Assembly (NCBI GenBank): GCA_964558905.1
Contig: CAZLGP010000238.1
Location: 8,231-72,230, forward strand
Source of the DNA: an uncultured Thermoanaerobaculia bacterium
GTDB lineage: Bacteria > Acidobacteriota > Thermoanaerobaculia > Gp7-AA8
Length of the DNA stretch: 64,000 nt
Direction of reading: 5' to 3'
In this document: positions 47,004 to 55,500 of the stretch, piece by piece
Position numbering within the stretch: position 1 is the stretch's first letter
Layout of the letters: the number at the start of each line of letters is the position of its first letter
Notes under the pieces: model-generated
Seen by the model: only the letters and a program-made list of their open reading frames with translations
What the model was told of the DNA's origin: nothing
The model's database searches: none
Program-made: the position numbers and the translations under genes

Positions 47004-47933
47004 TTAGTACTGCTCGACCTTGTCGACGACGTTCTGGAGCGACTCGCCGGCGCGGAAGCGCTTCAGGTTCTCGGTGAAGAACTGCATCGCACGGACGTGG
47101 CCGTCCGTCGTGTGATCGGCGGTATGGGGAGAGATCAGGACGTTGTCGAGCTCCCAGAGCGGGTGTGCGGCGGGGAGCGGCTCGACCTCGAAGACATCGA
47201 GCGCGGCGCCGCGAATGCGACGGCTCCGGAGCGCGTCGACGAGCGCTTCCTCGTCGACCGTCGCGCCGCGGCCGAGGTTGATCAGCACCGCGGTTGGCTT
47301 CATCGCCGCGATCCTTTCGCGCGACAGGAGCCGGTACGTGCCGGGGGTGAGCGGCGTGCAGAGGAGCACGAAGTCGGACTGGGCGATCACCTCGTCGATC
47401 GTCGACTCGCCGAGCTCCTGGCGGCGGCGGACGGGCAGGACGCGCATGCCCAGGGCGGCGGCGCGCCGCCCGGCGGCCTCGCCGACGCCGCCATAGCCGA
47501 TGATCCCGACGGTCCGCTCTTCCAGCCGCTCGACCGTGAACGGCTCCCATCGCCGCTGGTCCTGGTTCCGGATCATCCGGCGCAGGTCTTTCGCGAACCA
47601 GAGCATCGCCGCGATCGCGAACTCTCCGAGCGCGTCGGCATAGAGGCCGCGGGAGTTCGTGACGACGACGTCCGTGCGCCGCAGCAGATCGAATGGAAGA
47701 AAATCCACGCCCGCGGCGAGCGTGTGGATCCAGCGGACGCCGCCGAACTCGCGCCAGAGATCCGTGAGGAGCGAGCCGTAGCGCGGCGCGATCAGGACGG
47801 CGTCTGCACGCGCGGCGTCGGCGCGGAGCGACTCGGCATCCGTGCCGATCGACACCGCGACGTCGGGCGCGTCCCGCCGCAGGAGCTCCAGCGGTGCAAA
47901 GTCGGACGGTGCGATGACGAGGAGGCGCGTCAT
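47004..47933 (-). CDS. D-isomer-specific 2-hydroxyacid dehydrogenase
   Basis: Trimmed to MTRLLVIAP. VGIIGYGGVGEAAGRRAAALGMRV, LINLGRG, SPHTA. Confidence 0.88.
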   Translation of the reverse strand: MTRLLVIAPSDFAPLELLRRDAPDVAVSIGTDAESLRADAARADAVLIAPRYGSLLTDLWREFGGVRWIHTLAAGVDFLPFDLLRRTDVVVTNSRGLYADALGEFAIAAMLWFAKDLRRMIRNQDQRRWEPFTVERLEERTVGIIGYGGVGEAAGRRAAALGMRVLPVRRRQELGESTIDEVIAQSDFVLLCTPLTPGTYRLLSRERIAAMKPTAVLINLGRGATVDEEALVDALRSRRIRGAALDVFEVEPLPAAHPLWELDNVLISPHTADHTTDGHVRAMQFFTENLKRFRAGESLQNVVDKVEQY

Positions 47934-48140
47934 GACCGCCCGCCGAACACCGTGCGTCGAGGACGAAGATCCGGCCCGCGACCAGCGCGAACCCGACGAA
48001 TCGCGAAGTAGATGGACGTCGAGCTCCGTCTCCACCGAGAGTCGCGCTCGAATCGAACGATTTCCCAGGTCTTCCTCATCGAGCCACCATTGCGAAAGAA
48101 AGGCGTTTCGCGTGGAGCGACGCTAGCCGTTTTCGAGGAA

Positions 48141-48178
48141 CGTGTCATCCTGAGCCGCGGAGACGGCGAAGGATGACA
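48141..48178. repeat. Single copy of the GTCATCCTGAGCCGCG(A/G)AGACGGCGAAGGA repeat, self-folding
   Basis: gtgtcatcctgagccgcggagacggcgaaggatgacac (9-bp terminal stem). Confidence 0.85.
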
Positions 48179-48192
48179 CCGGTCGCAGACTC

Positions 48193-48450
48193 CTAATTGG
48201 TGGCGTAGAACGCTTCGTTGATGGCGATGAACTGATGCTTGTCGGCCGGGACCTCATCGAGAGGGAAGATCGCGTCGGACGTGCAGACCGGAATGCACGC
48301 GCCGCAGTCGATGCACTCGACCGGATCGACGTAGATCTGCGTGGCGGCGTCGAACGTCGCCTCGTCGCTCCGGGGATGAATCGCGTCGGTCGGACAGGCG
48401 TCGACGCACAACGCGTCCTTGATGCAGTTGTCGGTGATTGCGTAGGCCAC
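48193..48450 (-). CDS. Ferredoxin (3Fe-4S/4Fe-4S, 7Fe-type)
   Basis: CIKDALCVDACP and CIDCGACIPVCTSDA cluster motifs. 85 aa. Confidence 0.88.
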   Translation of the reverse strand: MAYAITDNCIKDALCVDACPTDAIHPRSDEATFDAATQIYVDPVECIDCGACIPVCTSDAIFPLDEVPADKHQFIAINEAFYATN

Positions 48451-48585
48451 GATGACTCCTCGTCGGTAGATTTCGGAGTGGATGCTAGCGGCCGATCGGA
48501 GCGCGCCGTGTCGAAGGAATCACGGATGGATATGACGCACGTCACGCGCCGCGTGGAGAAGGTCCCCGTCGCACCCCGCTGCTGC

Positions 48586-48640
48586 CGGCTGAGGAGAAGG
48601 GAAAAAGAGAAAAGGGAAAAGAAGAGAGTCTGCGAAGGCT
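48586..48640. repeat. Purine-rich simple repeat (AGAGAAAAGG-type), family of 60317-60420
   Basis: ggagaagggaaaaagagaaaagggaaaagaagagag. Confidence 0.7.
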
Positions 48641-48645
48641 TACCT

Positions 48646-49941
48646 TCAACTCTTCCCCTTTGACCGCATCCCCAGTCCAAACCAGAACGGCACGCCCGCC
48701 GCGAGGATGGCCAGGCCGATGAGGCTGTTCTTCGGCTCCTTCACGAACGTGCCGATGACCACGAGCCAGCAGGCGGCGACGAAGATCGCGGTCGAGACCG
48801 GATGCAGCGGAGTGCGGAATCCGGCTGACGGCAATCGCCGGCGGAACACGAAGAGCGAAAGGCCGGTCAGACCGAAGAAGATGAAGTCGACCGAGACGAC
48901 GTAGCTGAGGATCTGCTCGTACGTCCCCGACAGGGCGATGACGATGGCGACGGCGCCCTGCAGCACGATCGCCAGGACCGGCACGCGCGTCCTCGGATGC
49001 ACCTTCCCCACGGCTTTGAAGAACACGCCGTCCTCGGCCATCGCGTAGTAGACGCGCGGCGCGGTGAGCATTCCCTGGCTGAGGAACCCGAGGGTGGAGA
49101 CGGCAATGCCGGCCGCGATCAACGTCGCTCCGCGCTCGCCCATCACCGCGCGCATCAACGTCGAAGCAGGCGTGGTCGTCTCCGCGAGGCCGTCAGGTCC
49201 GAGGACGCGAAGGCAGACGAAGTTGACGGCGAGGTAGACGGCGATCACTCCGGCGACGCCGGCGAGCAGTCCGACGGCGAGATCGCGGCGTGGCTGTTTC
49301 AGCTCGCCGGACATGAAGCTCGCGGTCTGCCATCCGCCGTACGCGAACATGACCGGCGTCATCGCCGCGAGAATCGCCATCAGCGGAGCCGGACTCACCG
49401 CCGCGCGCGCGGCCGGTGCGCTGCCGCCCAGCGCTGCGCCGGCGACGATCAGCATCGCGATGGCCGCGAGCTTCAGCAGCATCAGCAGCGTCTGCGTGTT
49501 CGTCCCGCTCCGGACGCCGAAGCAGTTGATGATCGTGAGGATCGCCAGCGTGCCGGCGGCGAGAAACCACTCCGGCATCGCGACGCCGGTGAGCTCGAGC
49601 GTGTAGCGCGCGAACGTGACCGCGACGGCCGCCATCCCGCCGCTCTGCACGACGAGCAGCAGGGCCCAGCCGTAGAGAAACGCCACCGAGGGATGCCACG
49701 CGTCGCGCAGATACGCGTACTGTCCGCCGACCTCGGGGCGCAACGCGGCGAGCTCGGAATAGATGAACGCACCGATGAGGGCGATCGCGCCGCCTGCCGC
49801 CCAGACGCCGAGGATCAGCGCGGGCGTGTGCACCTGCCGCGCGACGACGTATGGGTTGATGAAGATCCCCGATCCGATGATGCCGCCCATGACGAGCATC
49901 GTCGCGTCGAACGCGTTGAGCCGGCGTGCGAGGGTGGCCAC
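48646..49941 (-). CDS. APC-family amino-acid permease
   Basis: GTG start. MLVMGGIIGSGIF, 12 predicted hydrophobic spans, 431 aa. Confidence 0.9.
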   Translation of the reverse strand: MATLARRLNAFDATMLVMGGIIGSGIFINPYVVARQVHTPALILGVWAAGGAIALIGAFIYSELAALRPEVGGQYAYLRDAWHPSVAFLYGWALLLVVQSGGMAAVAVTFARYTLELTGVAMPEWFLAAGTLAILTIINCFGVRSGTNTQTLLMLLKLAAIAMLIVAGAALGGSAPAARAAVSPAPLMAILAAMTPVMFAYGGWQTASFMSGELKQPRRDLAVGLLAGVAGVIAVYLAVNFVCLRVLGPDGLAETTTPASTLMRAVMGERGATLIAAGIAVSTLGFLSQGMLTAPRVYYAMAEDGVFFKAVGKVHPRTRVPVLAIVLQGAVAIVIALSGTYEQILSYVVSVDFIFFGLTGLSLFVFRRRLPSAGFRTPLHPVSTAIFVAACWLVVIGTFVKEPKNSLIGLAILAAGVPFWFGLGMRSKGKS

Positions 49942-49974
49942 GTTGGGACAGGATACGCGCGGCGGCGAGCGAGC

Positions 49975-50140
49975 GGAGCGCCGGCTTCCAGCCGGCCGCT
50001 ACGCCGGCATCCTGCCGGCCGGACTGGGGACGCTGGGGCCGGCTGGAAGCCGGCGCCCGCGTAGCGGGCATGAGGAAATAGCCCCCGGCTTTCAGCCGGG
50101 GGTGGCGCGCGGTATCCTTGGTCAGCCCGCGTAGCGGGCG
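49975..50140. repeat. Cluster of REP-like palindromic units
   Basis: gccggcttccagccggc, ccggctggaagccggc, cccgcgtagcgggc (x2), agcccccggctttcagccggggg. Confidence 0.8.
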
Positions 50141-50278
50141 CTGGAGTTTGGCCCTTTGCAAGCCTCTGAATTCCGAAGAGAAGGCGTCGAATCCGCCTGA
50201 CGGTGAATTTCAAGCACATCGTGTTGCGATCCATTCGTTCCGCGAAGTGGGAAAAATTGTCGGCCATGTGCGGCCGGA

Positions 50279-50568
50279 CCTTGTGCCGCGGAGCGGCAGC
50301 CAGACGGTAGCCGGGGGTGCGAGCGCACAGCGCGCAACCCCCGGTAGGGCAGGATGGATCCTGTGCCGCGTCAGCGGCACCGGAGTGCGAGCTCAACCTA
50401 CGCGATGCGGGGCCCGCAACCTTAATACCGAGAGTGCGTTTCGACGTGATCCCGACATCCGGTGCCGCTGACGCGGCACCCTCCCTTGCATTCCTTTCCG
50501 GGGGTCGCTCGCTGAGCGCTCGCACCCCCGGCTACGGTCTGGCTGCCGCTCCGCGGCACAGGATAAGG
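50279..50568. repeat. Inverted pair of a ~105-bp element separated by ~77 bp (MITE-like or structured element)
   Basis: Left arm ccttgtgccgcggagcggcagccagacggtagccgggggtgcgagcgc...gtgccgcgtcagcggcaccgg. The reverse complement of the right arm aligns along its whole length, with a divergent middle third. Confidence 0.8.
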
Positions 50569-50624
50569 CCGCTTCAAGTCGGCGTAGACCGTACGGCGCA
50601 GAGCTCAGCAGGGCCAAACTCCAG

Positions 50625-50870
50625 AGCCCGCGTAGCGGGCGAAAGAGTCGTTCTGTCGCCCGCTACGCGGGCTGGACTCTAACGGTCGCAATTCCCCCGG
50701 CTGAAGCCGGGGGCTAGTCCCAGCCCGCTACGCGGGCATTGGGCAACAGGCCCTTCAGCCGGGGCTATTTCCTTTTGCCCACTACGCGGCTCCGAATCAC
50801 GCGCTGCGTGCGAATGTCCAAACTCCAGGCCGGCTGGAAGCCGGCGTAGCGGCCGCCAGGATGGCGGCGC
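50625..50870. repeat. Cluster of REP-like palindromic units in both orientations
   Basis: cccgcgtagcgggc, gcccgctacgcggg (x2), cccccggctgaagccggggg, ccggctggaagccggc. Confidence 0.8.
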
Positions 50871-50880
50871 TCCGCGCGTT

Positions 50881-51744
50881 TCATGTGAGCCTCGTCCACA
50901 CGATCAGCGCGTTCACGCCGATCGCGATGCCCGGCACGATCAGCGCGCGCAACGCCGCCAGCGGGCGTCCTTCGAGCTCGCCGTGGAGATCGAACCTTGG
51001 GCGCGACGGGGCCTCGTCGATCACGTAGGCCTTCGACGGATCATCCGGATCGTAGAGCAGCGCCTCGGTGGGCTCGTCCTCGAGGCGCGTGGTGTCGACG
51101 GCGCGCGCGCAGCATTCGCGCCGCTGTCCGTGGCGATCGTGGAACTCGAAGACGACTTCCCACACGGGCTGATCGTTGATGGTGATGTTCGTCGGCCTCC
51201 GGTCGATCGCTCTCCCTTTCGCCAGGATGCCCTCGCGCAGGAGGTGATTGCGCTTCCGCCCGGCGAGCGTGGACGGGATGAGGAAGCCCAGACCGACCGC
51301 CGGGAAGATGGCGACGAGGAGCGCGGCCGGCCCGAACGTCGCCCTGCGCATCCCGGCGATGCGCGAGCGATGGGGGCTGTTCTCGTCGTACTCGATCGTG
51401 ACTCTCTCACCCTGCGCCGGCGATGCGCCGGTCGTATACGACTTGCCCTGGAACCACTCCCCGGCGACCGAGTACTCGTAGTGATTCGCGGTCACCGCCT
51501 GGTCGTTCTCCGAGGCGCCGGTGCTCTCGACACGGGTGACGTGGCCGGTCGCGCGGCCGGTGACGTCGCGGAACGTCACGAAGGAATAGTCCGCGTTCAT
51601 CCCGAAGACCAGGAAGAAGATCATGCCGAAGCCGAATACGCCCCAGCCGATCTGCGCCCAACCGTTGAAGAAGTTGACCATGCGCAGCGAGATCGGGACG
51701 CGGCGCGGCGGCGCCGAGAAACGCAATGGGTTGTGCATGGGCAC
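50881..51744 (-). CDS. DUF3592-like membrane protein
   Basis: Two N-terminal region TM spans plus one central and one C-terminal TM span flanking beta-rich domains (GHVTRVESTGASENDQAVTANHYEYSVAGEWFQGKSY). 287 aa. Confidence 0.6.
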   Translation of the reverse strand: MPMHNPLRFSAPPRRVPISLRMVNFFNGWAQIGWGVFGFGMIFFLVFGMNADYSFVTFRDVTGRATGHVTRVESTGASENDQAVTANHYEYSVAGEWFQGKSYTTGASPAQGERVTIEYDENSPHRSRIAGMRRATFGPAALLVAIFPAVGLGFLIPSTLAGRKRNHLLREGILAKGRAIDRRPTNITINDQPVWEVVFEFHDRHGQRRECCARAVDTTRLEDEPTEALLYDPDDPSKAYVIDEAPSRPRFDLHGELEGRPLAALRALIVPGIAIGVNALIVWTRLT

Positions 51745-51760
51745 TAGGATAACGGGAGTT

Positions 51761-51849
51761 CTGAGTGTTGAGTCCTGAGTCCTGAGTGCTGAGTGCTGAG
51801 TGCTGAGTGCTGGGTGCTGAGGACTCAGGACTCAGAACTCAGGACTCGG
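51761..51849. repeat. Hairpin of tandem heptamers (CTGAGTG/CTGAGTC vs GACTCAG)
   Basis: ctgagtgttgagtcctgagtcctgagtgctgagtgctgagtgctgagtgctgggtgctgag|gactcaggactcagaactcaggactcgg, in a divergent promoter region. Confidence 0.85.
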
Positions 51850-51884
51850 CCCGGCGCTCATCGTACAATACGGCCCGATCCGCA

Positions 51885-52520
51885 ATGTGGAAGAAGCTAC
51901 TACTCGCTCTCGCGGCGCTGCTCGTGGTCGGCGCCGGCGTGATGGTCGCGAAGATCGGGCCGCGCAACGTCATCGGCATGATCCTCTACGACCAGCGGCG
52001 TGAAGGCGACCTGAAGGTCGGCGATCGCGCGCCGGACGCGCTGCTCGTCTCGTTGGACGGGAAGACGCGGCCACCGCTCCTCGAGGCGGACGCGAACAAG
52101 CCGACCGTGTTGATCTTCGGCAGCTTCACGTGACCTCCGTTCCGGCGGTCGGTCGACCGTCTCCGGAAAATGCACGAGCAGTACGGGGACCGCGTCCGCT
52201 TCCAAACCGTCTACATCCGGGAGGCGCATCCGCTCGACGAGTGGCAGATGGACTCGAACGAGAAAGAGGACGTGTGCTACCGCCAACCGAAGACGATGGC
52301 GGAGCGCCTCGTGATCGCGAATGATTTCGTGAAGCGCTTCCAGTACCCGATCCCGCTCGCGGTCGACGCGATGGACGATCCGGTGGAGAAGGTCTACGCC
52401 GGCTGGCCGGAGCGCTTCTACATCATCGATCCGGGCGGCACGATCGTCTACAAGGGTGAGCCCGGGCCGTTCGGCTTCCACCCCGAGGAGGTGGAGGCGT
52501 GGCTGAGGACGAACGTGTGA
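51885..52520 (+). CDS. Iodothyronine-deiodinase-like thioredoxin-fold selenoprotein (in-frame TGA = Sec at 52131..52133)
   Basis: Track ORFs 51807..52133 and 52170..52520 are in the same frame. Read-through gives VLIFGSFT-U-PPFRRSVDRLRKMHEQYGDRVRFQTVYIREAHPLDEW, matching the deiodinase active site FGS-x-T-U-P-(S/P)-F ... VYI-x-EAH-x-x-D-x-W. N-terminal TM/signal MWKKLLLALAALLVVGAGV. Confidence 0.8.
52140..52168 (+). promoter_or_regulatory. Candidate bacterial SECIS hairpin
   Basis: Starts 7 nt after the UGA: uuccgg-cgguc-GGUC-gaccg-ucu-ccggaa (6-bp + 5-bp stems, G/U-containing apical loop). Confidence 0.55.
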
Positions 52521-52563
52521 TGCATGGTTGCTTTTTTGCTCGTGTCCTCGTCCTATACGCGAC

Positions 52564-55500
52564 ATGCGCAAGATCCTCGTGCTCCTGCTGCTCTCCCTCA
52601 CCGCCGCGGCACCGCAGGATTCCTACCAGCGTCTGAAGGCCGATGCCGAGCGCGAGTACTCCGAGAAATCGTTCCGCCGCGCTCACCAGCTCTACGAACA
52701 GGCCGCGAAGCTGACCCTTCCTGAAGACGAGCGGCGGTGGGTCGACCTTCGTCTGGCGGACACGGCGTGGCGCGCCGATGCGGCATCGCCGAATGAAGAT
52801 CCCACCGAGAGGAACGCTGCTCGCGAGGCGCTGCTGCAGTTCGTCGGGAAGTGGACGCACGACCGGCTCTGGGCCGAGGCCAACGAATCGCTCGGCGACC
52901 TCTACGCACAGCATCCTTGGGAGCGGAACGCCGGCGCCGCGCAGCCCTACTACCTTGCCGCGCTCGACTGGTGGGCCGGCAGCAGCGATCTCGCCGTCGC
53001 GCGCCGCCGCTATCTCGACATCGTCTGGAAGCTGACGGCCGAGGGCGTCCGCTGGAACGTGCCGCGGGAAGTGCTCGTGAACGCCGTCGCCATCGCGGAG
53101 ACCCCAAAGGATCGCGTGCGCGCGCGGTGGTTCCTTGCGCAGAGGATTGCGATGGAACGGACGGACGCGAGCGATGAGCGCGCCTTCGAGCTCCTCGATG
53201 AGATCCTCGCCATCGGAAAGACGAGCGATCTGTACGACGACGCGCTCCACTTCTACGCTTCGACGCTCGCCCAGCGCGGCGACTTCGCGAAGGCGCTCGA
53301 GATCTATCGTCGCATCGTCGCGGAGCTCCCCGCCGGCACCTCGCGCTTCGCCGAACAGGCCCGGCGTGCGATCGCCGAGATCCTCGAGCCCTCGGTGGGC
53401 GTACACGTGGGCGGCACGTTCCTCCCCGAGTCCGAGCAGGAAGTCTTCCTCACCTGGCGCAACGTGAAGAGCGTCCGCCTGGCGCTCGTCAGCGTCGACC
53501 TCACGAAGGACGCCCGCTACGACGAGCGCGGGCAGTGGACGAACCTCATTGCCACCGAGGGGCGGCCGGTGGTGCGGCAGTGGACGTTCGACACGAACGA
53601 CACCGGCGAGCACAAGCCGGGCAGCGACCGCCTCCGTCTGGAGCCGCGCCTCCCGCTCGGCGCGTACGTTCTGACCGCATCCGCCGAGGGGAAGAGCGCG
53701 CGCACGCTGGTCCTCGTGACCGACGCGCACATCCTGGTGCACGCGGGCGCGTCGCAGACGAACATCTTCGTCTCGGACGTGATCACCGGCGAGCCGATCG
53801 CGAACGCTCGTGTGCACGTCTGGCGGCGCGTCGGGAACGACCGCTTCGTCGAGCGCAACGCGCAGACGAACGCGGAAGGACTGGCGCGCGTCGAGGACGG
53901 ACAGAGGAGCGGAATGACGCTCGTCACCGTCGCGAGCGGCTCGCGTCAGGCGTATCACCAGTTCCACGACTACTCCTACGGCCGGCGCACGGAGGATCAG
54001 GCATCGTGGCGCATCTACGCGTTCACCGATCGTCCCGCGTACCGTCCGGGCGAGACCGTGCAGTGGAAGATGCTGGCGCGAATCCGCCAGAACGATGACT
54101 GGGTGACGCCGCACGGCGAGTCGCTCGACTACGAGATCGTCGACCCGCGCGGACAGAAAGTCGCCTCGGGTGTCGCGAAGCTGAGTGCCTTCGGCAGTTT
54201 CTGGTCCGAGCTCGCTCTCACCGATGCCATGCCCCTCGGCGTCTATCACGTCAATTTCAAATCGAAAGACCAGCATCGCGGCGCGGCGCAGCTCTTCCGC
54301 CTCGAGGAGTACAAGCTCCCCGAATTTCTGGTGAAGGTGTCGACGCCGGAAGGAACGCTGTACCGCACCGGCGACACCATCGAGGCGACCATCGACGCGA
54401 CGTACTACTTCGGCGGGCCGGTCGCGAACGCGACGGTCGAGGTGGTCGTCCACCAGTCGCCCTTCTATCGCTACTGGACACCGTGGCGCGAGTACTCCTG
54501 GTACTACGACCCTCACCCGACGTCGTATGGCGGAACGATCGTCAAACGCGAGACCCTGCAGACCGACGGCAACGGGCGCGCGGTCGTGCGCATCGATACG
54601 CCGCAGGATTCGGGCGACATGAGCTATCGCATCGAGGCGCGCGTGGTCGACGCGTCGCGCCGCGAGGTGCGGGGTGAAGGAAGCGTGCGCGTGATGCGGC
54701 AGCGGTATTCGGTGATCGCGCATCCCGAGCACCGTGTGCATCGCCCGGGCGACAGCGTTTCGGTCGACTTCAAGGCGATGGACGCGAACGACAAGCCGGT
54801 GCAGGCGACGGGGACGGTAACCGTGTTGCGGCGGCGCAACGATCGCGAGATCAGGCCCGTCTCCGGGCGGATCGGAACGCCGCGCCCGCGCGTGGATGAC
54901 GAGGGAATCCTCACTACGAAGGTCACGACCGACGCCGAGGGGGAGGCGACATTCACGTTCACGCCGAAGTCGGTTGGCTATTACGTGATCCGTTGGACGA
55001 GCACGGACGGGCCGCGCGCGCGCGACGTCATCACCGCGGAAACGGCGGTATGGGTCAGCGAGCGTGCGACGACGGAGCTCGGTTACCGCGCCGGCAGCCT
55101 GGACATCGTCGTCGACAAGGAGACGATGCGGACCGGCGAGACGGCGAACGTGATGATCGTCGCCCCGAACAGCGGCCGCTGGGTGCTCTTCAGCTCGAGC
55201 GGCGACGACCTCTTCGACACGCGGGTGCTGCGGATGGACGGCACGGTGAAGCTCGTGCAGATCCCTCTGACGGAGAAGCACATCCCGAACTTCTTCGTCA
55301 CCGCGTCGTCGGTGTTCGACGTCAGCGTCTCCACCGATACGGAACAGATCGTCGTGCCGCCGGTCGAGCGCTTCATCGACGTCGAAGTAGAGACCGATCG
55401 CGAGGCCTACGAGCCACGGCAGGAGGGGACGGTCACGATCACGACCCGCGATGTGGATGGCAAGCCGGTCGCGGCGGAGGTCGGGTTGTCGGTCTCCGAC

